Of a DNA stretch of 64,000 nt, positions 17,764 to 28,400 are shown one piece after another (position 1 is the stretch's first letter; the number at the start of each line of letters is the position of its first letter). A program made the translations under genes and the position numbers. Below the pieces are notes generated by a model that saw nothing but the letters and a program-made list of their open reading frames with translations, was not told where the DNA came from and searched no databases. Source of the stretch: Phenylobacterium sp. (GTDB lineage: Bacteria; Pseudomonadota; Gammaproteobacteria; Enterobacterales; Alteromonadaceae). The stretch is from positions 9,184 through 73,183 of the forward strand of contig JBLGCB010000002.1 in NCBI GenBank assembly GCA_047617105.1, in the 5' to 3' direction.

Positions 17764-19058
17764 GCGCAGCACCCATTTGGCAAAAAAACAGCCAGAGCAC
17801 CATAGATGAAACCATCATGGACTTTATGGCCGGTGAAGACATCATTCTCGACCAGCAACTGATTCAATACGATATTCAAGCCAGTAAGGCCCATGTCAAT
17901 GGCTTGCAGTCAGTTAAAATTCTCGGAGCGGAAGAAGCCAGCCAACTGATCAGCCAGCTTGACCAATTACAAGTTGAATTAAATGAAGGCAAGTTCGTAC
18001 TCGACAACCGCTTTGAAGACTGTCATTCGGCGATTGAGTTCTACTTGGTAGAGAAGCTCGGCGAACTGGGGAAAAAAGTCCATACCGGGCGTTCGCGTAA
18101 CGATCAGATCCTGGTCGCCACCCGACTTTATCTTAAAGCGTCATTACAGACGGCGATTGCGCATACCAAAGATTCTGTTAACGCCTGCCTTGACCAGGCA
18201 AAAGCCGGTGAAAGCATTGCGATGCCAGGTTACACCCATATGCAACGGGCAGTGCCTTCCACCGCTGGCATGTGGTTCGCCGGTTTTGCCGAAGGTATGA
18301 TTGACAACTTAATCACCTTAAACTCAACCCTGACGCTGATTGATGCTAACCCGCTTGGTACTGCCGCCGGTTACGGGGTTAACCTACCATTAGATCGAGG
18401 TTTAACCACCAAAGAACTTGAATTCAGCCGAATGCAAATCAACCCAATTTACGCCCAAAACAGCCGGGGTAAATTTGAAGTGGCGATGATGTCGGCATTA
18501 TCACAATGTATGCTTGATATTCGTCGATATTGCTGGGATTTATCATTATTCACCACCCAAGAATTTGACTTCGTTAGCCTGCCAGATGAAATGACCACTG
18601 GCAGTTCAATTATGCCCAACAAACGTAACCCAGATTTGGTCGAACTGATGCGTGCCAGCTATGCCCCGGTGCAAGCGGCGATGATCGAACTGCAATCGCT
18701 GTTATCTTTGCCATCTGGCTACCAGCGTGACCTGCAATTGACCAAAGGCCCAGTATTACGCGCAGTGAAAACCGCATTGCAAACCATGATGCTGTTCCCA
18801 CAGTTGGTGAAAGGCACCACATTTAAAACCAAAGAACTGAACGAAGCGATTGATACGCCGATGTATGCCACTGATTTGGCGGTTGAACTGAGTGCTAACG
18901 GAATGCCGTTTAGAGATGCTTATCAGCAGGTAGTTGAGCGTTATTCAGAGTTGGGTGACCGAACGCCAGCACAAAGTGTTGAAGCTCGAACTTCACCAGG
19001 TGCTTGTGCTGATTTACGTTTGTGTTGTTTGCGTAAGCGGTTTGAAGCGTTAAGCTAG
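17760..19058 (+). CDS. argH: Argininosuccinate lyase
   Basis: HTGRSRNDQ and the GSSIMPNKRNPD fumarate-lyase signature. ATGA overlap with argC. Confidence 0.9.
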   Translation: MSAAPIWQKNSQSTIDETIMDFMAGEDIILDQQLIQYDIQASKAHVNGLQSVKILGAEEASQLISQLDQLQVELNEGKFVLDNRFEDCHSAIEFYLVEKLGELGKKVHTGRSRNDQILVATRLYLKASLQTAIAHTKDSVNACLDQAKAGESIAMPGYTHMQRAVPSTAGMWFAGFAEGMIDNLITLNSTLTLIDANPLGTAAGYGVNLPLDRGLTTKELEFSRMQINPIYAQNSRGKFEVAMMSALSQCMLDIRRYCWDLSLFTTQEFDFVSLPDEMTTGSSIMPNKRNPDLVELMRASYAPVQAAMIELQSLLSLPSGYQRDLQLTKGPVLRAVKTALQTMMLFPQLVKGTTFKTKELNEAIDTPMYATDLAVELSANGMPFRDAYQQVVERYSELGDRTPAQSVEARTSPGACADLRLCCLRKRFEALS

Positions 19059-19064
19059 ACTGTT

Positions 19065-19083
19065 GGGTGCGCCATGCGCACCC
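19065..19083. terminator. GC-rich hairpin between convergent argH and a small minus-strand ORF
   Basis: GGGTGCGC-cat-GCGCACCC (8-bp stem). No U-run on either side. Confidence 0.4.
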
Positions 19084-19217
19084 TACTGATTCCCCTTGAG
19101 GAAAACTGCCACTTCACTTTCAAAAGCCTGCTCAGAAGCCATGATTTTCACCGCACTTAGCGCGGCGATGGCGATAAGCGCTGCTATCACCAAGTTTTTA
19201 TTTACTTTAATACCCAT
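19083..19217 (-). CDS. Possible 44-aa small membrane/secreted protein
   Basis: Below the track size cut-off. ATG at 19217-19215 after GGAG. MGIKVNKNLVIAALIAIAALSAVKIMASEQAFESEVAVFLKGNQ has one hydrophobic helix. The stop overlaps the 19065-19083 hairpin. Confidence 0.25.
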   Translation of the reverse strand: MGIKVNKNLVIAALIAIAALSAVKIMASEQAFESEVAVFLKGNQ

Positions 19218-19263
19218 AGTCTACTATCTCCATTTTCCATCCATACAACCTACCTAGTTATCG

Positions 19264-19409
19264 TCCAGAAACTCACATCCATGTGAGATTTCTGGAGCAA
19301 GCTACGTTCAAGCAAGTGGAACTTCGCTTACTTTTCAACGAGTTGAAAAGGCGGCACATCCGTGTACCGCATAGCCAGTGCCCTGAAACTGCGTTTCAAG
19401 ACGGGCACT
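19264..19409. other. Cluster of four consecutive stem-loops (REP-like element or structured RNA)
   Basis: Hairpins TCCAGAAACTCACAT-cc-ATGTGAGATTTCTGGA (19264-19296), CTTTTCAAC..GTTGAAAAG (19331-19350), GCGGCACA-tcc-GTGTACCGC (19351-19370) and AGTGCCCTGAAAC-tgc-GTTTCAagacGGGCACT (19376-19409). Confidence 0.4.
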
Positions 19410-19693
19410 ACCTAACAGCAAATCCGAAATACTCATCAACAAGCTGCGCCAATCTATAGACTTATCATAACTGGCCAATGGCCGATTAAGTTAGCACAGT
19501 ACTGACAAAATCTATCACAAACCAGACATAATGATGCTACAGCGCCGCTATGACGGGGTTTTATGCTTTCACTGTTGTTTTAAAACCTCGTCCCGTGACG
19601 CAGAATTACGTCCTTCGCTGCCCATTCGGTACCATAAAAACAAACTGCTTGCACGATGGCACAACTGCGTTTAAAGTGAGAGTGGTGGCGCTA

Positions 19694-20032
19694 ATGACAG
19701 AGACAACAGTGACAGCAAAACAATTTATCAGTTTTGAAACTGTGTCGGCGATTCTATTTAGTTTGTTTATTGGGGTCTGTGCATGGGCATGGTCAAGTGT
19801 GGATGATCGTTTTGAAAAAGTTGATCAGCGTTTTGAAAAAGTCGATCAACGTTTTGAAAAAGTCGAATCCAAACAGGATGCGATGATGGTGATGCTGACC
19901 AGAATCGAAGCCCAAATGGCGACCAAAGACGATATTATAAAAATTCATGAACGTATTTCAACCAACGAAAAAAACATTGGTATTATTAGTGCGAAAGTAG
20001 ATCTGCTGATAGACAAAATGGCCGCCAATTAA
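19694..20032 (+). CDS. N-terminally anchored coiled-coil protein with DQRFEKV heptad repeats
   Basis: The ATG at 19694 gives MTETTVTAKQFISFETVSAILFSLFIGVCAWAW (TM), then (D)DRFEKV-DQRFEKV-DQRFEKV and a heptad-rich tail. The track start at 19550 adds an implausible Cys/Pro-rich extension. Confidence 0.55.
   Translation: MTETTVTAKQFISFETVSAILFSLFIGVCAWAWSSVDDRFEKVDQRFEKVDQRFEKVESKQDAMMVMLTRIEAQMATKDDIIKIHERISTNEKNIGIISAKVDLLIDKMAAN
19805..19866 (+). repeat. 21-nt tandem repeat x3 (CGTTTTGAAAAAGTYGATCAR)
   Basis: Read directly; encodes the DQRFEKV repeats. Confidence 0.9.
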
Positions 20033-20053
20033 ACGGCCATAAACCGCTCCCCA

Positions 20054-21685
20054 CTAAGCAAACAACCTCTCTTCCCCCACATCAAACGCATAAATCTGGC
20101 CGCAATCAAGTTTATAAAGCCGGTCAGCGGCGTCAAAGTAATGGTCATCATGGCTGATGGCAATCACGGTTTTGCCAGCCCGTTTTAACTCAGGCAATAT
20201 CTGACGATAAAACACCTCTCGAAATACCGGGTCCTGGTCTGCCGCCCATTCATCAAGCAGCAATACCTGACGGTCTTCCATATATAACAGCAATAAGGCC
20301 AGTCGTTTTCTTTGTCCTTGCGATAACGAAGTGGTCGATAACCGCCCCTCGTTGACCGAGACTTTATGGTCGATGGCAAGGCGTTTAAGGTAGTGCTCAA
20401 CCTTGGCGTCATCAACGCTGTTATCTGTGCCAATCACATCGGTGAACAAAAAGAAGTTGGCAAAGATGGCCGAAAAACAATGGCGCAAGTCATCAACATT
20501 ATCTGCCGTCACGGTTTGGTGGTTTAACCTCACCTCACCTGAGGTCGGTAAATATAATCCGGTGAGTAATTTGGCCAAGGTGGATTTTCCGCTACCATTA
20601 CCACCCACAATAAATATCAACTCTCCGGCATACACTTCAAAATCAACCGGACCAAGCACAAAACCCGGTTCATCATTTTGCGCGGGATATTGATAAGCCG
20701 CAGCCTTTAAGCTGAGCGATTTAAAGTTCACTATCGATTGCACATGCATCGGTTTACTCTGGTCATTGTCAGTCAGTTGCAACCGATTAATCGCCGCCAA
20801 GGCGACATTGCCGCGGATCACCGCTGGAATACTGTCGAGCACCATCGACAGCGGGGTGCGCAAGAACATCAGCGCCAAGATATAACCCACCACAATCTCT
20901 TGACCAATAGAGGGCAGGATCACGCCACAGTAGAAAATCACCCCGACTAAGATAAACACCAACATGGTAGTCCAGTTAAGGTTGATGGCCCATAATACTT
21001 CCGCTTTCACCGACTCTTCACTAGAGGCTTTGGCGGTCGGTATAAACTGTTGATCAAACAAAAAGCGCCGCCGATTTGGATTAAGAGCCAGTTCATTACG
21101 CCCCTCAACCACCGCTTGGTATTGGCTAAACAAACGGTCATCCAGTTGCCTAACTTTGGTCAACATCAAGGTCAAACGGTCACTGAGTTTGGCATCAGTC
21201 CACACCCCCAGCACCACCACAAAACTAACAAAAGTGAACAGCAATGGCGATAACCAACACAGGTAGATTAAACCCGCCGCCAGCAATAAACCGTTATAAA
21301 GAGCCACTGGCAACTGTTTGGTGGCGTTAGATACCGCAGTCACATCCCGGTTAAGCACGTTATAAATCGCGGTGGCACCGAGTTGTTCTTGACGTTCGAT
21401 TGAGGTATTTAATATTCGATTGACCAGTTTTTTGCGCAACTGGTAAACCATGTTACAACCGATTTTCACCAATGCGACTTGCGAGAAAATACTGCTGACC
21501 AACAGCAGCAGCAACAAACCACTATAGGCCAGTACGGTGGTGCTGATGTCCTGCAAACCATTTTTTAGCGCATGATTAATGCCTGCAATAATGGCAATAC
21601 CAGCACTGGCACTAATGGCGCTGGCAAAAATCGCCATCGCCACGCCCGACTTCGCTTGGCTCAATAATTGTTTGGTGATGTTCAT
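20054..21685 (-). CDS. PvdE/SyrD-type cyclic-peptide/siderophore ABC exporter (fused TMD-NBD)
   Basis: N-terminal 6-TM region. Walker A GGNGSGKST, signature LSQGQRKRLAL, Walker B LLLDEWAADQDP. ATGA overlap with the last NRPS gene. Confidence 0.85.
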   Translation of the reverse strand: MNITKQLLSQAKSGVAMAIFASAISASAGIAIIAGINHALKNGLQDISTTVLAYSGLLLLLLVSSIFSQVALVKIGCNMVYQLRKKLVNRILNTSIERQEQLGATAIYNVLNRDVTAVSNATKQLPVALYNGLLLAAGLIYLCWLSPLLFTFVSFVVVLGVWTDAKLSDRLTLMLTKVRQLDDRLFSQYQAVVEGRNELALNPNRRRFLFDQQFIPTAKASSEESVKAEVLWAINLNWTTMLVFILVGVIFYCGVILPSIGQEIVVGYILALMFLRTPLSMVLDSIPAVIRGNVALAAINRLQLTDNDQSKPMHVQSIVNFKSLSLKAAAYQYPAQNDEPGFVLGPVDFEVYAGELIFIVGGNGSGKSTLAKLLTGLYLPTSGEVRLNHQTVTADNVDDLRHCFSAIFANFFLFTDVIGTDNSVDDAKVEHYLKRLAIDHKVSVNEGRLSTTSLSQGQRKRLALLLLYMEDRQVLLLDEWAADQDPVFREVFYRQILPELKRAGKTVIAISHDDHYFDAADRLYKLDCGQIYAFDVGEERLFA

Positions 21686-24600
21686 GATTCTGCTTTTTCC
21701 TTTTTAAAAACCACTTTTTCTACGCTCAACTGTTCAATGTTTTGTTGCAACTGAGCGGCCAATTGAGGATGGTTCAATATGGCGTAGTGATCAGCATCAA
21801 TGGTCCAACTTTGTATCAGCACACTTGAATGCGCTTGCCAAATTTGCGGCGGTGAAACAAAACCATTGCCTCGCCAAAGCCATATCGGGTTATCGATGAC
21901 TGGCGTGGCAGCTTGATACAACTGTTGTTTGAATTGCCAACGTTGCATCATCCGTTGCTCTATATCCTCAGCCGATGTTTGATCAACAAGGTTATTTATC
22001 TGCGGGTGACGTAATAATTGCTGCATAGCCTGTTGATAATTGCCACCCAGATTACTGCTGATGAGTTCGACCTGTTCGGACGATAGTCCAATCTGCTCTA
22101 GGGCGATATAGTCATTAAAATCTTCAATCAGCTGCTGCGCATCATCCGTCACCGTCAGTGTTTGCGCCAAATCAAAATCAATAATGGCCACTGCACTAAT
22201 GGTAAAACCCAGTGCCTTCATCCGTTTTGCCATCAATACCATCAATTTACCGCCCAAACTCCAACCAGTAAGGATCAGCGGTTTTGATTTTAACGGCAAC
22301 AGTTGTTCAATATAATCATCGACGATAGTGTCAATATCGCCGAGTTTGGCCGATAGCCATAATTGCGAGTCAGCGGTGATACCAACAATATCCACCACAT
22401 GTGATAAGTTAGCAATCAAGCCCTGATGGTAATTAAAATGCCCAGTATGCGAGTGCATCAACACCATGGTGTGTTTGCTGTTGGCTTGGGCCAAGGGGAT
22501 CAGCCGTGGGTTTGAAGTGTTTTTATGTTGTAAATTCCCTTGTAAATAGTGAGCCAAAGCGCGAATGGTTTTATAATGAAACAAACAATCATTGGCCAGC
22601 TCGCAGCCCAATTGTTGACGAATTTTGCCAATCACCTTTATTGCCGCCAGTGAATGACCACCAAGCGCGAAAAAATCATCCATCACGCTGATATGATGGT
22701 TTTGCAGTACCTGCTGCCAAATGGCCAACAGTTGCTTTTCAAGACTATTTTTTGGCGTCACCAGCACTTGCGGCTGTTGCGCTTGTTCAAGCAGCTTGTG
22801 GCGATCAATTTTACCATTGGCATTCAGCGCAAACTGATGCAGCTGAACAATACTGTTGGGGATCATGTAATGGGGCAAACGCTGTTTTAAATAGTCGAGC
22901 AGCCCCTGTTGACTGACCTCTTTACCCTTAACCGCAATCACAAAGGCCAGCAGTTTGACCATATCTGAATTCTTGTCGACCAGTACATGGGCCTGAGCAA
23001 CATCTGGGTGTCCACTCAACTGACATTGAATCTCATCCAGTTCTACCCTGAATCCACGAATTTTGACCTGATGGTCACGTCGACCGACAATTTCAATACT
23101 GTTATCGCCATGGCGTACGGCCAAATCGCCAGTTCGATACATCACCCCTGTACCAAAAGGATTGTTAACAAAAACCTCACTGGTGCGTTTACTGTCATTA
23201 AGGTAACCCCGACTCACGCTAGAACCCGCAATCACCAGTTCTCCGCATTGTCCGCTCACTGTGGCTTGCTGATGATTATCCAACAGATAAATTTGGCTAT
23301 CGCCAATGGCGGTGGTCAATCGGCTGCTTGGTGTTAATAAATCGACTTCACCATACAATACTCCGACCGTGGTTTCGGTCGGACCATAATGGTTGTAGAT
23401 TCGACACCCAGACCCGGCTGTCAGCTTAGTCAGCTGTTGTAACAACGAATGGCTTATCGGCTCTCCTCCCAATACCAACACTTGAGTCGGCAGCTTAGCC
23501 TTTAAAACCGCAATATCTGAACATAACAGCGCTTCAAGATGCGATGGCACAATTTTGAGGCAATCGAGCGGCGGCAGCTCATCTTTATCGAGTAAAATCA
23601 CGCAACTGGCGGTCAACCAGCCGGGGAATAACATAGTATTGCCCAAATCGGCCACCAAGGTCGAAATCAAGCCATAATTGCCTTGCTGCGGTAACGCCAG
23701 TTGTTCAATCACACTCTGGCTATAATGCATCAGTTGTTGATGTTCAACTTGCACCCCTTTAGGCTGACCTGTCGAACCCGAGGTATATAACACATAGGCC
23801 AGCTGATTTAGTGCAATGGTCACCGGGGTAAATGTGGCTACGGTTTGCTGCAATTGCGCTACAGTAACGATTTGATTAGCGACTAAAGCGGCATTGTCAC
23901 TCACCACCTCTTCACTTACCAAGACCAATGGATTGGCATCATTGATGATTTGTTGTAACCGCGCTTGCGGTTGTTCAACATCTAACGGTAAATAGGCTGC
24001 GCCCGTTTTTAATATTGCCAGTAAAATAATCAACGATTGGGCACCACGTGGCAGACACAATGCCACAATTTGTTCTTTACCCGCGCCTGCTTGTTGTAAC
24101 ACTCCGGCGTATTGGTTGCTCAGCTGATCGAGTTGTTGGTAGCTGTAATGAATGTCGCCATCGGTTAACGCCCTATGGTTAGGGAACGCCTGTGCTTGCA
24201 TAGAAAACAGCTCAACAAAGTTATCTTTAATGGCCAACTCAGTCACCGCCTGAGGATGTTCATCGGCCAACCAGCAATTGTGCTGTTGTATCGGTTGATT
24301 GGGCTGCGCCAAAACTGCGGCCAACAAAATCAGGTAGCGTTGTGATAACCGCTGCATCGCTTGCTGTTGGTAACGGGCACTGTTGTAGCACAATGTCAGT
24401 CCGGCAGCTCCCTGTGCTGTGCAGCTATAATGCATCAATAGCGGACAATGGCTGACCAAACCACCACTTTGCATCTGTGCTTGTTGCGCCTGCTGATGCC
24501 AATAAAATCCGGCATGGCAGCGACTATCAATGGCGCTAACATATTCCTGATATTCAAGCATCTCAGTCAATAACGCGCTGCTGCCCAAGCAGGCGCTTGG

Positions 24601-25467
24601 TAAATCACAGCTATCGAGTTGGTAAAACGGCATCGGTAGGGGTTGGGTAAATAATCCGAGGCTGGTATCGAATTCTTCATAATCATGGCGACAGTCATGA
24701 AAATAATCGAGTTTAAGGGCATCAACCCCCGAAAGTTTGCCAAGCAATACTGCCCACACATTTAACAGGATATGTGCTGGCTGACAATCGTACTGCCCTG
24801 CCCGCGCGAGCACTTGTTGCTGCAATACCTGGGGGAGTTCAACAGCAATACTTTGTTCATCATTCCTATCTGGATGGTTATCGCCTGTTTGGCATTCGTT
24901 TAATCGTGCCTCAGGCAATATTTTTAAGCTTAGATTTTGCCAAAACTCAATACCAGCCTGGCCTTGCTCATCATTGAGTAAGGTATTAATCCAATCACGA
25001 TACTCGCCATATTGAATATCTGGTACGGTGATCACAGCGTCAGCGTCGTCTAGTAGTTGATAGATTTTATCAACGCTATAATCATCGAGGGTCAAAGCAG
25101 AAGCAGCCAATAAGACCTTAACCCCACCCTGCTCTCTTTGGTTTTGCGGCCAACACCAACACAATAAATGCGGTGCCTGTTCGGTAAAAACCACCTTCGC
25201 TTGTTGTTCAAGCTGGCTCTGATGGCTAACAACATCATCATAAACTCGAAAGTCCAACCGTGGCGCTTGCTGCACAGAACGAACCACATCAAAACCCTGT
25301 GGCACGCCATAATCACAGCTTAACACCTGATGGTGCAACATCAATTGCTGTAACTTACTTTGCGCTTTTGTCATATCTAGCTCTGCAAAACTTAACCAAA
25401 AGTAGCGCTTCGAATCGACATTCAGTAATTGCTGTTGTCGCGTTAACGCTTGTCCTAAATCGTTCAT
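21682..25467 (-). CDS. NRPS 4: histidine-less C-like (interface-type) domain - A(Asp code) - T - TE
   Basis: The N-terminal ~400 aa have the C fold, but the HHxxxDG position reads ASALTLDDYS (nt 25076-25105). A motifs: YVLYTSGSTGQPKGV, NHYGPTETTV, YRTGDLAV, GRRDHQVKIRGFRVELDEI, NANGKIDR. T: FFALGGHSLAA. TE: GWSLGG. The ATG at 25467 gives an ATGA overlap with the upstream stop; the track start at 25476 is 3 codons longer. Confidence 0.95.
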   Translation of the reverse strand: MNDLGQALTRQQQLLNVDSKRYFWLSFAELDMTKAQSKLQQLMLHHQVLSCDYGVPQGFDVVRSVQQAPRLDFRVYDDVVSHQSQLEQQAKVVFTEQAPHLLCWCWPQNQREQGGVKVLLAASALTLDDYSVDKIYQLLDDADAVITVPDIQYGEYRDWINTLLNDEQGQAGIEFWQNLSLKILPEARLNECQTGDNHPDRNDEQSIAVELPQVLQQQVLARAGQYDCQPAHILLNVWAVLLGKLSGVDALKLDYFHDCRHDYEEFDTSLGLFTQPLPMPFYQLDSCDLPSACLGSSALLTEMLEYQEYVSAIDSRCHAGFYWHQQAQQAQMQSGGLVSHCPLLMHYSCTAQGAAGLTLCYNSARYQQQAMQRLSQRYLILLAAVLAQPNQPIQQHNCWLADEHPQAVTELAIKDNFVELFSMQAQAFPNHRALTDGDIHYSYQQLDQLSNQYAGVLQQAGAGKEQIVALCLPRGAQSLIILLAILKTGAAYLPLDVEQPQARLQQIINDANPLVLVSEEVVSDNAALVANQIVTVAQLQQTVATFTPVTIALNQLAYVLYTSGSTGQPKGVQVEHQQLMHYSQSVIEQLALPQQGNYGLISTLVADLGNTMLFPGWLTASCVILLDKDELPPLDCLKIVPSHLEALLCSDIAVLKAKLPTQVLVLGGEPISHSLLQQLTKLTAGSGCRIYNHYGPTETTVGVLYGEVDLLTPSSRLTTAIGDSQIYLLDNHQQATVSGQCGELVIAGSSVSRGYLNDSKRTSEVFVNNPFGTGVMYRTGDLAVRHGDNSIEIVGRRDHQVKIRGFRVELDEIQCQLSGHPDVAQAHVLVDKNSDMVKLLAFVIAVKGKEVSQQGLLDYLKQRLPHYMIPNSIVQLHQFALNANGKIDRHKLLEQAQQPQVLVTPKNSLEKQLLAIWQQVLQNHHISVMDDFFALGGHSLAAIKVIGKIRQQLGCELANDCLFHYKTIRALAHYLQGNLQHKNTSNPRLIPLAQANSKHTMVLMHSHTGHFNYHQGLIANLSHVVDIVGITADSQLWLSAKLGDIDTIVDDYIEQLLPLKSKPLILTGWSLGGKLMVLMAKRMKALGFTISAVAIIDFDLAQTLTVTDDAQQLIEDFNDYIALEQIGLSSEQVELISSNLGGNYQQAMQQLLRHPQINNLVDQTSAEDIEQRMMQRWQFKQQLYQAATPVIDNPIWLWRGNGFVSPPQIWQAHSSVLIQSWTIDADHYAILNHPQLAAQLQQNIEQLSVEKVVFKKEKAES

Positions 25468-28400
25468 GAAACACACTCCTTGGATAATTGCTCTAATTTA
25501 ATCGGTGGCGAAGTGGCGGTTTTGCCCGGTTGATAAATATCACCCATGGCCACGGCGATTTTACGTTCACCGCTAAAGGGGTCTCTGGCGTGGGCGGCGA
25601 GCATATTGTCGAGCATCACCACATCAGATTTTTGCCACTCAAAGCGCACCGCACAGCTTTCATAGAGTTCGCTGATGGTATCAATCACGAGTGGCTCTAT
25701 CGGGCTTAAATCGCCATAACAAACATTACGCGGCAGGTTATCGGTGCCGCCAGTGGCGAGCAAATGCTGAACCACTTCGGCCTCTAAAAAGCTGGCATGA
25801 TGGAGCTGAATTTGATTAAAGAAGCTTTTTTCGCCAGTGACCGGATGGGTGATAATCGCCGGACAACGTTGGCTAATGTGAAGGTTAAGGTTGTCTTTAC
25901 CATACCAGCGCCACTGAATGTTGTTTTGCTGGCAAAGTGCTTCGACCTCACTGCGTGATTGGGTTTTGAAAAAGTGTTGCCAGCTCACATCCAAATCGGT
26001 GAAGTTGCGGATATAACACAGCTGTTTTTGTTCGAGCTTTTGCCGCATCGCCGTAGGCAGTCGACGCACCATTTCGCGGCAATCAACTATCGGCGTCGCC
26101 CCACCGCTGGCAGCGGGCTGACGACAATAAAACCATTGCCGCCGTGGCCAGCGATGTTGATGGGAGCTTTCGTTATGAAACATGATCATCTGGTCTTGCG
26201 GATACGGGGTCGATTGATAAATTTTGCTGCCAAGCTCATTTTTCGGCAAGTCGCCATACTGGCCATAAAGCTGGGGATAGATGGCGACACAAAACTGTTC
26301 AAATTCAAACTCAGTCGGCAAGTTAAAACCACGAAAGACAATGCCGCCGTGGGTTTCGAGCCAGCGCATAATTTGCTGTTGGTTTTGTTGCGCCCAGCTT
26401 AACGCATCCAGCGCCTGGCTATGACATTGCACCAACAGTGGAAAAGGCTTATCGGCGTTTAGTGGTGCAGCGCTCACTGGTGCTGCTGAACCGGCTTTTT
26501 TCAGCTTGCCCAGTTTGCTTTTCTTGGCACTGGTTTTTGTTTTGGCCTTTGCTTTGCTGGCAAAAGCATTCAGTGGCGTTTGTGGCTTGTCTACCAGTTG
26601 TTCGAGCAAATGCGTCAATTGCTGACTAAAGTTTTCGATGGTGGTTTTATTAAATAACTGACTATTGAACACCCAGTTAAAAAGCAACTCATCGCTGGAA
26701 TCATCACAAAACAACGCCATATCGAATTTAGAATGCTGCTGTTCAGTATCCACCGCCGTTAAGGTCAAGTCTTTCGGTTGCGCGACGTTATCTGACTCAG
26801 CCTTAACCCCAGTGCTGACCCCCATCACAAACAACACTTGAACCAGCGGATGCACGCCGGTTATGCGCTCAGGATTGACCGTTTCGACGATTTGCTCAAA
26901 CGGCACACTTTGATGGTCAAAGCTGTCTAAACAGTTTTGCCGCACGTTTTGCAAATGATCACTAAAACGCAAAGTGGGTGTCAGCTGCATCCGCAATGGA
27001 ATTAAGTTAACAAAGAACCCCAGCATATCTTCTGTTTGTAAATGGGCACGATTGGCCACATCGGTGCCAATGACAATGTCCTCATTTCGGGAGTTTGCAC
27101 GGGTTTGTTGATGAATCAAGGCGCTATAAGCACTGATTAACAGCATAAACAACGAACATTGCTGCTGTGTTGCCAATGTCTTTAATTGCTGACTCAGTGT
27201 TGCTGATAAAGTAAAACTGACCGCATCCCCCTGACGCTGACTGGCCTCTCGCTGATGGTCAAAAGGCAACCGTTGTTGGGTCGGTAGTGCGGCCAGTTTT
27301 TGACGCCAAAAATCGATGCCAGCCTGTTGTTCTGCTTTGACCAGCGGACTATTTTGCCAATGGGCATAATCGAGATAATCCACTTGGTGAGGGGGTAATG
27401 TGATCGCTTTACCATCCACCGCTTGCTGATAAGCCAGCATCAGTTGGTTGAGCAGCAAGGTCATTGACCATTCATCTGAAGCGATATGGTGTTGCACCAA
27501 CTGGCAGTAGTGTTGCTGATTATTGATGCTATACAGGTAAACCTTCAGTGGTGCTTGTGTGGTTAAATCAAAGGTTTTATTGGCTGCGGTGTCGAGCAAT
27601 TGCGTTAGCTGTGATGGTAATATATCTGAAACCATCAACGGCACCTGCAAATCAGGGTTAAACCTTTGTACAGCACTGCCATTTACCTGATGATAAGTCA
27701 CCTGCAAAATGGCATGATGCCGGGTCACCGCCAATAAGGCTTGCTCTAACGCATCGAGCTGCAAATCTCCTTCAATACGCACCACGGTTTGCATATTAAA
27801 ACTGCTGTCTTGCGGGTTCAGCTGTTGCATAAACCATAAACGGTTTTGGCCATCACTCAGCGGCAAATCTTGTTGTCTGTCAGTTATATGCACCATCGGC
27901 TGATATTGGCTCACCGTCAGTAACTTGGCCTGCGCTGATAGCTGCGGATGTTCAAATAACGCTTTCAGTGGCAGATTAAAGCCAGCTTTATTGAGCCGCG
28001 CTTTTAACTGTGCCGCCAACAATGAATGGCCGCCCAGTAAAAAGAAGTTATCACTGGGGTTAAGCTGCTCGACCTTTAACAAACTCTGCCAGATATCGGC
28101 CAATTGCTGCTCTTTAGCGGTTTTTAGCGTGGTTATTGATGATGTTGTTGTCTGTACTTTCACTTCAAGCTGTGACAATGCCCTGCGGTCAACTTTACCA
28201 TTGCTGTTGAGCGGTAAAACTTTCAGCGGCTGATAGCGTTCAGGCAACATATAACTCGGTAAATGTTGAGCCAGAGAGTGATTCAAGCTAGCGCTATCTA
28301 CTACGGTGCTAGCAACAAAGAATGCAGTCAGATGATGGTCGTTTAGCACCACCACGGCTTCGCTAATATCCGGATATTGTAACAACCTGGTTTCGATATC

